A stretch of DNA of 64,000 nt from contig JAKAGU010000004.1 of assembly GCA_021825655.1 (NCBI GenBank), forward strand, positions 11,599-75,598, in the 5' to 3' direction. Made by a program: the position numbers and the translations under genes. Shown here piece after piece: positions 44,248-54,206 of the stretch (positions are counted from its first letter, which is position 1; each line of letters opens with the position of its first letter). The stretch comes from a bacterium (lineage in GTDB: Bacteria; Patescibacteriota; Doudnabacteria; UBA920). The notes under the pieces are model-generated. The model had not been told where the DNA came from. It saw nothing but the letters and a program-made list of their open reading frames with translations, and did no database searches.

Positions 44248-45507
44248 TTATTTGGTTATTTCTTCCAATGCCTTATCCATTTGGGGATCTTTGTTTGCTT
44301 TGGCGTCATCCTCTGTCAATTTTACCGGAATATCCGGGTTCAGTCCGTCTTTGTCCAAATTTTTTCCGCCGGGCGTAATCCACTTCGCCACCGTAACCTT
44401 TACCGCTCCGCCTTCGGGCAAGTTCACCAACTCCTGGACGCTGCCTTTGCCGAAAGATTTTTCACCCAGTAACGTCGCTTTGCCATGGTCATGCAATGCG
44501 CCGGCTAAAATCTCTGCCGCCGAAGCGCTGCCGCCGTTTATGAGAACAATTGTTTTCATCCCTCCCAGGCGGTTTAGCCCCGAAGCCGTATACACCTGTT
44601 CGCTTCCCTGGCTTTTGGCTTCTTTTACCACCACATCACCACTCTTCACCCACTGTGAAGCCACATCCACAGCTGACTGCAAATAACCACCCGGGTTATT
44701 GCGCAAATCCACAATCAAACCGTCGGCCGATTTGGTAATCACGTCATTGACTGCGTTTTGGAAAAGCGGCACTGTGTCTTCGCCAAAACGGCTTATGGTA
44801 ATAACCGCAATTCGCTTGCTTCCAACCTGTTTAAAATCCCATTTGACGCTCTTAATCACAATCTGGTCCCGGACAATTTCCAAGTCGAAAGGCTGCAGGC
44901 GGCCTTCACGGGCAATCGTCAAAACAACTTTCGTGCCCCGCTGGCCGCGGATATGATCCACAGCCTCATCGGTGGTCCAGTCTGCCGTAGAAGCCCCGTC
45001 AACTTTCATGATAATGTCTTTGGGTCTTAACCCTGCGCGGCTGGCCGGGGTTCCGTCCAGAGGTGCAATAATCACAATGTTGCCGTTCTGCTTGCCAATT
45101 TCAGCGCCAATGCCGTCAAAGTTGCCCTTGAGGTCCGTATTAAAAATTTCCAGTTCTTTTGGTTCAAAAAAGGCGGTATACGGGTCGCCAGCCGCGGCCA
45201 CCGCGCCTTTGACTGCTCCGTACAAATATTGCTCGGGCGTGGGCGCTTTACCTATAAACTTGGAGTCCACAACCTTCATGGCGTCCCACAGCAGGTTATA
45301 ATCCACATTTTTGGGCACGCTGGACTGATTAACTACCTGATAAGTGCTGCCGTTCCACACATAACCCTTATGGCCGGTCTGGTAGCCAGCGCTAAAGGAA
45401 ATTACCGCTAAAAGCACGGCCGCTGCCCAAACTCGCCAAGCCAAGCCTTTTTTGGGCACAGGCGGTTGGGTCTGGGCCGATTCTCCAGAAATTTGATTAT
45501 TTTCCAT
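44248..45507 (-). CDS. Carboxy-terminal processing protease (S41A, PDZ)
   Basis: DPYT, GIGAEI, DLRNNPGG, SASAAEI, FGKGSVQ. Confidence 0.93.
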   Translation of the reverse strand: MENNQISGESAQTQPPVPKKGLAWRVWAAAVLLAVISFSAGYQTGHKGYVWNGSTYQVVNQSSVPKNVDYNLLWDAMKVVDSKFIGKAPTPEQYLYGAVKGAVAAAGDPYTAFFEPKELEIFNTDLKGNFDGIGAEIGKQNGNIVIIAPLDGTPASRAGLRPKDIIMKVDGASTADWTTDEAVDHIRGQRGTKVVLTIAREGRLQPFDLEIVRDQIVIKSVKWDFKQVGSKRIAVITISRFGEDTVPLFQNAVNDVITKSADGLIVDLRNNPGGYLQSAVDVASQWVKSGDVVVKEAKSQGSEQVYTASGLNRLGGMKTIVLINGGSASAAEILAGALHDHGKATLLGEKSFGKGSVQELVNLPEGGAVKVTVAKWITPGGKNLDKDGLNPDIPVKLTEDDAKANKDPQMDKALEEITK

Positions 45508-45579
45508 AATAAAATGAATTATTTTAATACTATAACTATATCAAAAAACGTTGCCAACTCAAAGTTGGCGGGCATAAGC

Positions 45580-46449
45580 TTATTTGCTTACCAGTTTTTC
45601 TTTTTTAAGGGCGTTTAAAATAACCAAAGCTGCCAGCCGGCCGTAGATACCCAACCACACCAGCCAATTCAGCACAAAGGGGTACTGGCCGGCGTAATGC
45701 TTGCGATAGAAAATCCACATGGCATCATGGAACCATTTCAGCGCGCGAAACGGGACCTTCTTTGAAGACGAACCTTTAAAGTGGGTGATGCTGGTTTTGG
45801 GGTAATACCACACCTGATACCCGGCAGCCTTGCACCGCCAGCACCAGTCCAAATCCTCGCCATACATAAAAAAACTTTCGTCCAAGAGGCCGATTTTCTC
45901 CATAACCGATTTTCTTACTAGCAAAAAAGCGCCCATCACTGAATCCACCTGCTGCGGCAGATTCTCGTCGAGGTCCAACAAGTTATAATTTTTCCGGGAA
46001 AGTAAAAATAACCGGGCAAACGCGTTCCAGGGATTTGGGAATTTCCGACGGCAGGCCAAATCCAGACTGCCATCTGGTTTTTGCACCCGACAGCCGCTAA
46101 TTCCAATCTCGGGCCGTTCTTCCATAAAACCAACCATTGTCTCCAGCGTATCCGGCTTTATTTGCGTATCCGGGTTAAGCAGCAAGACATATTTGCCGGC
46201 AGCCTGCCTTATCCCAAGATTGTTGCCATGGGCAAAACCGGTATTCTGGTTTTTTATAAGCTTTAACAGCGGATATTTGGCTTCAACTATCTGGCTTTCC
46301 ACCCATTCCGCGGTGCCGTCGTTGGAGCCGTTATCTACGACCAAGGTTTCAAAGCTGTAGCGGGTTTGGGAAGCGAAAACCGAAGGCAGCAGGCGCTGAA
46401 GGTCGGCTTTGGACTTGTACGATAAAATAATAATGGACAAATCGGGCAT
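45580..46449 (-). CDS. GT2 family glycosyltransferase (WbbL-like)
   Basis: VVDNGSNDG, GFAHGNN, LLNPD, FFMYGEDLDWC; start at ATG 46449. Confidence 0.88.
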   Translation of the reverse strand: MPDLSIIILSYKSKADLQRLLPSVFASQTRYSFETLVVDNGSNDGTAEWVESQIVEAKYPLLKLIKNQNTGFAHGNNLGIRQAAGKYVLLLNPDTQIKPDTLETMVGFMEERPEIGISGCRVQKPDGSLDLACRRKFPNPWNAFARLFLLSRKNYNLLDLDENLPQQVDSVMGAFLLVRKSVMEKIGLLDESFFMYGEDLDWCWRCKAAGYQVWYYPKTSITHFKGSSSKKVPFRALKWFHDAMWIFYRKHYAGQYPFVLNWLVWLGIYGRLAALVILNALKKEKLVSK

Positions 46450-46454
46450 AAATT

Positions 46455-47432
46455 CTACAGGCTCTTTAACATTTTTCTTTTGCGCCACATCCGGGGAAGT
46501 TGTTGAAAAAATTCAGGTAAAATTTTCAGCGTGCCGGCTTCGAACAGCAGAATGTAAGCAAACATGAAAAACTCGCGGGCAAAAAATTGCGGGTAAAAAA
46601 CTCGCGAGTTCTTTATGTACATAAAAATATGGTTTTTATAATTGAGCTGCCTGATCCGCGGGCTCAGAGTTTTGTGGTGCTTAATAAAAGCCGGCACATG
46701 GGCATAGCCATGCTTCGAAGAGCCGGCCCCCCGGCCATGGTAGGCTACCGCTTGAGGCGCAAACACGCAGCGCCAGCCCGCGTTCTTCATGCGCCAGGCC
46801 AAATCCACATCTTCCCAATACGAATGAAAGTCCTCGTCAAAATACTCAAAACCCGAACCGGCCGCTCTTGGTGTTTTTACCTTATCCAAAGCCGCGCCAC
46901 GGTACATGGCCCCGGCCGCGCTCACAGCCTGCACGTCGGTTTTTCGGTCGTACTGGCCGCAATCAGCTTCGTGTTGGCCGCGGTCACGCGCCCGGCCGGA
47001 TTTGTAAATCAAGACTCCGGTCGTGTCCAAAATTTTATTATTCCGGAAATCTTCAATTTTAAATTTTAAATCTTTAAATTGGTACAGCTTGCCCGTAACC
47101 GCTCCCGCTTGCTCATTCTTAAAAGCCAACAACATTTTTTCCATGTAATCCGGCTCCATTATCAAGTCCGGATTCACAAGCTGAAAAAACTCGCTGGGAT
47201 ATTTCTCAAACACCAGATTGTGGCCTTTGGCAAAACCGATATTGTAGCCGGGATCGATTATCTCGACTTGGGGGAACTTTTCTGCCAGCAGCTCTTTGCC
47301 GTTATCCGTATTGCCGGCGATTACGGCCACAGCGCGGTAGTCCTGAAACGTCTGGTTGAAAATCGCATTGAATACCGGCTCGATAAAGCGGCGGTTATTG
47401 TATACGACCTGGACCACTGTAACTTTAGGCAT
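46455..47432 (-). CDS. GT2 family glycosyltransferase
   Basis: NIGFAKGHN, VNPD, FDEDFHSYWEDVDLAWR. Confidence 0.88.
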   Translation of the reverse strand: MPKVTVVQVVYNNRRFIEPVFNAIFNQTFQDYRAVAVIAGNTDNGKELLAEKFPQVEIIDPGYNIGFAKGHNLVFEKYPSEFFQLVNPDLIMEPDYMEKMLLAFKNEQAGAVTGKLYQFKDLKFKIEDFRNNKILDTTGVLIYKSGRARDRGQHEADCGQYDRKTDVQAVSAAGAMYRGAALDKVKTPRAAGSGFEYFDEDFHSYWEDVDLAWRMKNAGWRCVFAPQAVAYHGRGAGSSKHGYAHVPAFIKHHKTLSPRIRQLNYKNHIFMYIKNSRVFYPQFFAREFFMFAYILLFEAGTLKILPEFFQQLPRMWRKRKMLKSL

Positions 47433-49005
47433 GGTCGTTTTTCTCCCAAGTGTGGTAACGCTTCACAATGACCCCGGACAGCCCCAAAGCCAGAAAGAAA
47501 AACATCATAACTTTGTCATTGAACAAGGTAATGTCGAACACACCCGCGGCCAGTATCCACATAAAAACCAAGGCAGCCTGAAAGACGAAAAAAACCAAAA
47601 AATTATTATCATGCTTATGCGTTACCAAAAAATTTCGGAAAACTTCCAGCACCCGGTACCAGAAATACAAAAACACGGCCAGGCCGGCCAGGCCGGTTTC
47701 CACCAGCACCTGCAAATACAAGCTATGGGCGCTGACATAGCCCTGCGGCAGGTTATAGCGCTGGTTGTGCCGGTTAGCCAAGTCATCATAGCTGGAAAGC
47801 CCCAGCGTGTTCTTTTCCTGGCTAACAATGAAATTTTTCAAACCCACGCCCCAGGGATGAAAGGCGGCATACCTAAGGCTGTCTTTCCAAATGGCAATCC
47901 GGCCGGCATTGGAAGTTTCATTCAGGTCATAAATGCTGCGCGCGCGGTCCACAAAATTTTCCTGGAATTTCCCGCCCACCCTCAAATATTCCAACCCCTT
48001 GTTAAAAAGCGGGGAAACGGTGAACAGAACCAGCACCATCAAAAAAGACCAAAAAAACTTTTTAGCCACGGGTTTGAGAAAATTGCGGTACCACGCCAGG
48101 CAGATGGCAAAAAACGGCACAAGCATGCCCACCCATACGGCGCGGGTTCCGGACAGCATAACCGCCAGTCCGGCAAAACGGATACCTGACCATAACCAGC
48201 TTTTAAGCCTTTTGCCTACGGCATAAGTTACCGCCGTGCCAAAACCCAGGCCAAAGGCCGACAAATAAGCAAACGACTGGGAGTCCGGCATAATGCTAAA
48301 CATGCGCAAATCCCGGCCGCCGCCGGAAAAGGAAAACCAGGAGTTGGAATATAAGCTGACAGAAGCAAAGTAGGTGCCGTAATACAATTTCGAAATATAG
48401 CTGGCCCAATACACCCAGAATACGTCCATGGTGGCAAAAAATGTTACAAACAACTGGGTATAACCGAGCACAATTATGGCAGTCAGCGCCACAACCGCCG
48501 CCTTTACCAAAGACATCACCTGCTCTTTGGTTCTAACGGAATTTACGAGCACTATATAAAACAGCCAAAGGTTCAGCAAAAAAATCAGCTGCCGCAAGCC
48601 TACCGCCTTAAAGTGGCCGAACAGCAGGGTTACCGCCAGGGTGATAACAGCAAAGACGCCCAGCGTTTTGTCCCAAGGCAGAAATTCCGGGCGTTGCTTT
48701 AAAAGCCAAATGTCTTTCCACAGCCATTTTAAAGCCAATCCAATGAACAAAAGGCGCCAGGTAGCAAGTCCGTCGAAACCGCCCAAGGGCAGCCCCACAT
48801 AGAAAGGAATGGACAGGACCAAAAAAAACAGACTTTCAAAAATGGGGCTGAAAATGACAAACAGCAGGCCCAGAACCAGATTCACCCAAACCAGGACAGC
48901 GGGCCAGCTACCCACAGAAATCATTAACACCGAAATGAACTGCCAGACCGCCAGCAGCCATTTTAAGTTTTTCAGGGACCAAAATTTAACCAGGTAAGTA
49001 CTCAT
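47425..49005 (-). CDS. O-antigen ligase/polymerase (Wzy_C) family membrane protein
   Basis: Many TMs; SGTRAVW, SNAGRIAIW, WGVG, AHSLYLQVLVETGLAG; ATGA overlap gives start 49005. Confidence 0.82.
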   Translation of the reverse strand: MSTYLVKFWSLKNLKWLLAVWQFISVLMISVGSWPAVLVWVNLVLGLLFVIFSPIFESLFFLVLSIPFYVGLPLGGFDGLATWRLLFIGLALKWLWKDIWLLKQRPEFLPWDKTLGVFAVITLAVTLLFGHFKAVGLRQLIFLLNLWLFYIVLVNSVRTKEQVMSLVKAAVVALTAIIVLGYTQLFVTFFATMDVFWVYWASYISKLYYGTYFASVSLYSNSWFSFSGGGRDLRMFSIMPDSQSFAYLSAFGLGFGTAVTYAVGKRLKSWLWSGIRFAGLAVMLSGTRAVWVGMLVPFFAICLAWYRNFLKPVAKKFFWSFLMVLVLFTVSPLFNKGLEYLRVGGKFQENFVDRARSIYDLNETSNAGRIAIWKDSLRYAAFHPWGVGLKNFIVSQEKNTLGLSSYDDLANRHNQRYNLPQGYVSAHSLYLQVLVETGLAGLAVFLYFWYRVLEVFRNFLVTHKHDNNFLVFFVFQAALVFMWILAAGVFDITLFNDKVMMFFFLALGLSGVIVKRYHTWEKNDHA

Positions 49006-50081
49006 GAAGTCAGCACCTCCAGGGTTTCCTGTGCGCATTTTGCCCAGGAGAATTGCGATAGCCGGGCAGCCCCTGCAGCGACAAGCTGCTTGGCGCGTTC
49101 CGGATTTTTTAACACCTTCAGCATGGCATGCTTTATTGATTCTAAATCGTGAGGGTTAAAATACTCGGCAGCCTCCCCTGCCACCTCTGGCATGCTGGAA
49201 AGGTTGCCGGTGGCAACCGGCGTGCCGGCCGCAAAAGCCTCCAAAATAGTCATGCCAAACCCTTCGTAAAACGACGGCAGCACCATCAGCTTAGCTTTTT
49301 TTAGAACCGCGTTCCTTTGGGCATTAGGCAAGTGGTTCAGATAGACCACGGACTCGCTGTGGTTTTTAATTTTCTCCAGAATCGATCCGTATTTCCAGCC
49401 CAGCCTGCCTACCATCACCAGCTTATGCTTTAAACCTGGATTTGCCGCTTTCATTTCCGTGAATGCGTCAATCAGGCCTTGCGGATTTTTTCTCGGCTGC
49501 AGCGTGGACAAATAGAGTATAAATTCTTCCGGCAAACCGGGTGGCAGGCTTCCAGCTTCGCTTTCCAGCACCGACGTGTCGAAGCCATGATGAATAACTT
49601 TTACTTTATCGCCCCGAACGCCGTAAAATCTTACCAAGTCTTTTTTTGTAGCCTCCGAAACCGCAATTACCGTCTGGGCCCTTTTGGCCGCAAACCCCGT
49701 TGACCAGTCCAAAAACCAGCGAGTGGACGCATTAAAAGTTTCCGGATAATATTTCCACGCCAGGTCATGCACGGTCACCACGGTTTTTTTCGGATGTATA
49801 AAAGGCAGGGCGGAGGCAGGGATAAGCAAAACCTCCGGCGGATGCACAAGCATTTCCCAGCTGAGGCGCAACTGGGTCCAAAAAAGCGGGAAAGGCATAA
49901 CCTTGACTGTAAAATTTTCTGGCAGCTTTAAAAACCAGTCCTGGGGGGCGGACCGGAGATATAACACGTACTGATTCACGGCGTCTATCTTCGCCAAATG
50001 GACAATAAGCTGTTGGGCGTAATTTTCCACGCCGGTTTTCTGCGCGGCGTTTGCCCGTTCAGCCTCAATGCCTATAACCAT
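49002..50081 (-). CDS. GT4 family glycosyltransferase
   Basis: KTGVENY, VTVHDL, LQPRKN, PSFYEGFGMTILEA. Confidence 0.9.
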   Translation of the reverse strand: MVIGIEAERANAAQKTGVENYAQQLIVHLAKIDAVNQYVLYLRSAPQDWFLKLPENFTVKVMPFPLFWTQLRLSWEMLVHPPEVLLIPASALPFIHPKKTVVTVHDLAWKYYPETFNASTRWFLDWSTGFAAKRAQTVIAVSEATKKDLVRFYGVRGDKVKVIHHGFDTSVLESEAGSLPPGLPEEFILYLSTLQPRKNPQGLIDAFTEMKAANPGLKHKLVMVGRLGWKYGSILEKIKNHSESVVYLNHLPNAQRNAVLKKAKLMVLPSFYEGFGMTILEAFAAGTPVATGNLSSMPEVAGEAAEYFNPHDLESIKHAMLKVLKNPERAKQLVAAGAARLSQFSWAKCAQETLEVLTS

Positions 50082-50083
50082 AC

Positions 50084-50317
50084 TTATTTTTGCCCGGGCA
50101 GCACTCGCCCGGCGGGCATGGGTCTTTCCGTCATTCTGGTTTTTATCAGGGCAGAGGCGCTGATTTCTTCATCCAGGTTGTAATTGTACACTTGCCAAAT
50201 CACGAAACCTCCGACAAGAAAAGCCAGCGTACCCAAGGTAACGTATAACCAGAAACTTTTAATGTGTTTTTTCACAACAGGAACCGTTTGCGTGGCCGCA
50301 TTTTGTGCGTCTTGCAT
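50084..50317 (-). CDS. Small single-TM hypothetical protein
   Basis: 77 aa, one hydrophobic helix, in operon. Confidence 0.6.
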   Translation of the reverse strand: MQDAQNAATQTVPVVKKHIKSFWLYVTLGTLAFLVGGFVIWQVYNYNLDEEISASALIKTRMTERPMPAGRVLPGQK

Positions 50318-50350
50318 ATTGCTTGTGTTTTAATTTTTACCCGAAGGTAT

Positions 50351-50824
50351 TTATTTTAAATATTTTACCACATTTTGCCGCAAAAGCGAAGTTTTGTATA
50401 CATTCGGGCGAAATGGCCGCAGGCGCACTACCCGAGTCCTCATGCCCGCCTGCTTAAGGTCCCGGCGCAATTCCCGTACGTAATCCCGCTGGTCATAACC
50501 CAAAGCAATAACATCCGGCCGCTGCTGCCTGATGTGGAAAAAGTAAGCCCGCTTGCCCCCGAGCACGGCCTTATCCACTCCGGGAATTTTTTTTATTTGT
50601 TTCAGCCTGTAGGACTCGCTGTGACTGGGCAAGCGGCCTTTTATCCTCAAAACGTTGGCATCCCTGGCCAAAGAGACGATTAAAAACACGTGCTTTGCCA
50701 GGGCCCTGGCTTGCCTGAAAAAGTCCAGATGTCCTGCGTGCACCAAATCAAAAGTTCCGAAGGCCATTACGCGCAGCAGCTTGTCCGCGGGCGTGTTTTT
50801 TTTGCGCAGCGGTTTATGCGGCAT
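50351..50824 (-). CDS. HxGH cytidylyl/adenylyltransferase (RibL/FAD-synthase-like)
   Basis: FGTFDLVHAGH, ARD, PDVIALGYDQ, KTS; start uncertain. Confidence 0.8.
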   Translation of the reverse strand: MPHKPLRKKNTPADKLLRVMAFGTFDLVHAGHLDFFRQARALAKHVFLIVSLARDANVLRIKGRLPSHSESYRLKQIKKIPGVDKAVLGGKRAYFFHIRQQRPDVIALGYDQRDYVRELRRDLKQAGMRTRVVRLRPFRPNVYKTSLLRQNVVKYLK

Positions 50825-52256
50825 CTTTTTTAAAAAATAATTTTTTGACCGTTCGGATGTCTTCTTTGCTGGCAAAACCCGTTGCCAAAAGCGCCAGGCT
50901 GTAAACCCCGGCTCCCAGCGGCAAAGTCAGCGCCAGGCTGTGGGTGCGCAGCGGCCAAAGCACTAGGCCCATGGCCAGGGCGGCGGCGGCGGGTTTAAAA
51001 AAATTAGAAACAAAACGGAAGTCGGTTATTTTGCGGCGCACAAAATAAAAGTAAAACAAGCCCTGCAGGCTTTCCGAAACCACGGTCATGGCCGCAGCCG
51101 CTTGGATGCCGAAACGCGGAATCAGCAGCAGATTGCCGGCAATATTCACAACAACATTGGCTCCGGTTATTACCACCGCTTTTTTGGTCAGCTGTGAAAT
51201 CACCAGGGAATTAACCGGGATATACATAAATAAAATCGCCGGCGCCCAAATGAGCACGGAAAGGACGGGAGCCGCAGGCGCGTATTCGGGACCCGCCACC
51301 AGGGCAATAAGTTTTGCCGACAGCACCATACCGCCCGCCGCCATGGGCAAAGCCGCCGCCATCATAAGGCGCAGATATTTTTCCAAATTTTCCCTGACTT
51401 CGCTTAGCGCGCTTTTTGCCATTAACCCCGCAAAAAACGGAAACAGGGTATAAGACACAACCGAAGGGAAAAAACCCAGCAAATCAAAAATCTTATAGGC
51501 GGCAGTATAGTAGCCGGTCTGGACATAGCCTTTCATGAGAGAAATCAGCACCACGTCAACCCGGTTGTAAATAGCGCTGAACCCCACCAACAAAGCAAAA
51601 GGCCAGCCTTGTTTAATCACATTTTTAATCAGGTGAAAATCCAGCAGCTTAAGGCCGCCCAAAATTTTTAGCCTTGGCAGGTGTTTGGCCGCATAAATGC
51701 GGTACAGTACCAAATCCAAAAGCCCAAAGCACAGCTGCACGCTCGCCAAAAAAACAATATGCCGGTGCAGGAAAATGGCCGCAAAGATAATGCTTACATT
51801 TACACACGAATTCAAAAAATTTATCCAGGCCACTTTGCGCAAATCCTGGAACGCGGCCATAACCGCCAAATACGGATAAGTCAGGGCATTGGCCACCATG
51901 CCCAAACCCGCCAGGCAAATACCGTAAAACACGGCCGGATCGGGATAGCGCAAAAAAGCGATCAAAACCAGCAAGACATACAGCAGCAAGGCTACCACCA
52001 CTTCAAAGGAAAAAAACTCGTAAAAATATTCCTGGGTTTCCCCCGGATTTTCGCTCATTTTCTTGGTAATGAACTGCTGGATGCCAAAGTCTACAACGGT
52101 TGAAAACAGCAGGACATAGGACAGGATAAGCTGATACTGGCCGCTTGCGTACGGACCTAAGTAGCGGAAAAGCTGGGTGTACGCCACAAATAGCAAAACC
52201 AGGGCCAAGACCCTGGAAATGCTAAGCCAGAAAATATTTTTGGAGACCTGGGACAT
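50814..52256 (-). CDS. Wzx-type oligosaccharide flippase
   Basis: KNIFW, RYLGP..G, DFGI, YNRVD, GYYTAAYK, LIPRFGIQAAA. Confidence 0.9.
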   Translation of the reverse strand: MSQVSKNIFWLSISRVLALVLLFVAYTQLFRYLGPYASGQYQLILSYVLLFSTVVDFGIQQFITKKMSENPGETQEYFYEFFSFEVVVALLLYVLLVLIAFLRYPDPAVFYGICLAGLGMVANALTYPYLAVMAAFQDLRKVAWINFLNSCVNVSIIFAAIFLHRHIVFLASVQLCFGLLDLVLYRIYAAKHLPRLKILGGLKLLDFHLIKNVIKQGWPFALLVGFSAIYNRVDVVLISLMKGYVQTGYYTAAYKIFDLLGFFPSVVSYTLFPFFAGLMAKSALSEVRENLEKYLRLMMAAALPMAAGGMVLSAKLIALVAGPEYAPAAPVLSVLIWAPAILFMYIPVNSLVISQLTKKAVVITGANVVVNIAGNLLLIPRFGIQAAAAMTVVSESLQGLFYFYFVRRKITDFRFVSNFFKPAAAALAMGLVLWPLRTHSLALTLPLGAGVYSLALLATGFASKEDIRTVKKLFFKKDAA

Positions 52257-52275
52257 GACAGCCGGCTAAAAACCG

Positions 52276-54129
52276 CTACTTAAGTATGGCATCACCTTTG
52301 GCATAAGCGTCGACCTCATCCTGAGACAAAGTGCTAACCCTGGAGAATTTATAGCCCCGGGCTTTGAAGGCTTTGGCGGACAACGGCCGAAGCTGGCTCT
52401 TGCTGACAAGGAAAATGGTTCCGGAAGACGAACCCTTTACCAGCGTGCCGTCCCGCGGCGGAATCGGAATGCCATCAAACCATTCCAGCGCCATATTGGA
52501 AGTAAACACGTAGTCAGGCGTAATGCCGCGCTGTTTGGCTACAAAAGCTGAAATTGGATGTTTGGTACCGTCTTTGAAAATATAAAGCGGCCCGGTTTTG
52601 CTGTCAGCGGAGAAGAAGGTGCGGTCTTTCGGGGTGGCAAAAGCGCCAATGGGCAACGCGCCGACTTCCTCGGAGCTTAAAGAGGCCACGTTCTTAAAGC
52701 TCAAACCCCGGTTTTTGAACAACTCGCCGGTAAGCGGACGCTTAAAGCCAGCTTCCATGAGGAAAACCGTGCCAGACTCAGCGGCTTTAACCAGAGTTCC
52801 GTCCAGCGGCGGAACAAAACCTTGCTGGGTGTATGTAGGGATTTCCGTATCAGGCACTATCACAATCTGTTTCGGGGTAACTTTGCGCTGTTTGAATGTA
52901 AATTCGGAAAACAGCTTAATCATTCCATTGTCAACCAAATATACTGCCGGGTTCTGGGCACCGCGAATTATTGTACCGTCATTGGGCGGCAGTACCGCAC
53001 CTGAGTCAAACAGCGCTCCATCCGAACTGGAAATAGTGAGGGCGGAAGCAAGGTCCAAACCCCGCTGTTTGATTACGAAGTCAGAAGCAGGATGCTTGAC
53101 ACCGGCAATAAATACATAGGTCTTGCCGTCGTCGGCCATCTTCACTACGGTATTGTCTGCTGGGGCAAAAATTTTATCCGTGGGGTAACTTTCAAATTCG
53201 TTCGGCGAAATGGTAATTTTTTTGGTTAGGTCCAAACCCCTTTGTTTTGCCACAAAGTCCGGCACTAGCTGCTTGGTGCCGTTCTGGATAATATAGGTCT
53301 TAATGTCGTTGGCCAGTGACAAAAGCGTGCCATTGGGATATCTAAACCAGCTGTTAAAAAATTTCCAGAAGTTGTAATTGCCATTAAAAACATGGGGGGT
53401 ATAGCGGTAAAGGGCCGCTGTGGCCAAATTACTCAAAGTAACAAATTGGCTCGGCGCCGCTTCGGCATAGCCCCCGGTTGTGTTGTCCAAAAGCACGCTC
53501 TCCCCCACTTTCGCCACCCTGCCATCCACTTGCGGGCCGCGGCCGCCGGGCGTGCTGTAAGACTTCATCAGGGATTTGGCCGCACCCAAATACCGGTTGC
53601 CGTCGGCGTCATAGTTGCCGAAGAGTTGGTAATAAAATCCAGGGAACAGATTGCCGCACCCGGAAGCATCGGGACAATCAAAACCCATGGCATGATCCAA
53701 GGCTCTTTGCAGGTGGTCAGGGTCATAGTCGTTAGCCGAGGTCACCAACCCCTGCTCTTTATTCAGTGTAACCAAAATAACCTGCGGGTTAAGGCCGCTT
53801 TGCAAGGAGGCGTCCCAGATTAATTCGGCCGCGGTCCTCAGGCGCCCCAGATTCGGCCGCGGGTCTTCCAGTCCGGTTTTTAAAAGCGAATTATCAGGTT
53901 CCTTGAGTTTAACCAAAAAGCTCGCAGAAGTATCGGCCAATACGGAATTTTTCGCTTCCAAAAATTTTTGTACGCCCTCGGGTCCGCCGAAAGTCTGAGT
54001 ATCGGCAAAAACTTTGTCGTCAATCAGCTTATTGGGGTCAAAGCCGGGGTCAATTTGGGCCAAAGCCTGCAGCGGAAAAACCAGCAACAAAAGTAGGCCG
54101 AGTATTTTTTTGAACTTTTGATTTCTCAT
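52276..54129 (-). CDS. Secreted protein: putative lysozyme-fold N-domain plus six ~59-aa repeats
   Basis: Signal peptide; LNPQVILVTLNKEQGLV, GFDCPD, ATAALYRYTPH; C-terminal PxDGTLVK...VY repeats. Confidence 0.7.
   Translation of the reverse strand: MRNQKFKKILGLLLLLVFPLQALAQIDPGFDPNKLIDDKVFADTQTFGGPEGVQKFLEAKNSVLADTSASFLVKLKEPDNSLLKTGLEDPRPNLGRLRTAAELIWDASLQSGLNPQVILVTLNKEQGLVTSANDYDPDHLQRALDHAMGFDCPDASGCGNLFPGFYYQLFGNYDADGNRYLGAAKSLMKSYSTPGGRGPQVDGRVAKVGESVLLDNTTGGYAEAAPSQFVTLSNLATAALYRYTPHVFNGNYNFWKFFNSWFRYPNGTLLSLANDIKTYIIQNGTKQLVPDFVAKQRGLDLTKKITISPNEFESYPTDKIFAPADNTVVKMADDGKTYVFIAGVKHPASDFVIKQRGLDLASALTISSSDGALFDSGAVLPPNDGTIIRGAQNPAVYLVDNGMIKLFSEFTFKQRKVTPKQIVIVPDTEIPTYTQQGFVPPLDGTLVKAAESGTVFLMEAGFKRPLTGELFKNRGLSFKNVASLSSEEVGALPIGAFATPKDRTFFSADSKTGPLYIFKDGTKHPISAFVAKQRGITPDYVFTSNMALEWFDGIPIPPRDGTLVKGSSSGTIFLVSKSQLRPLSAKAFKARGYKFSRVSTLSQDEVDAYAKGDAILK
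52279..53345 (-). repeat. Six tandem ~59-aa protein repeats
   Basis: Units begin PNGTLL, ADNTVV, NDGTII, LDGTLV, KDRTFF, RDGTLV, each followed by a Y/F..G.K.P..F..KQRG-like pattern. Confidence 0.8.
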
Positions 54130-54206
54130 GAATCTTTTAAATATGCGTATTAATTATTTTATGGAAAGTCACCTGCATAGTAATAGACGGTTAAACCAAA
54201 ACTTTG

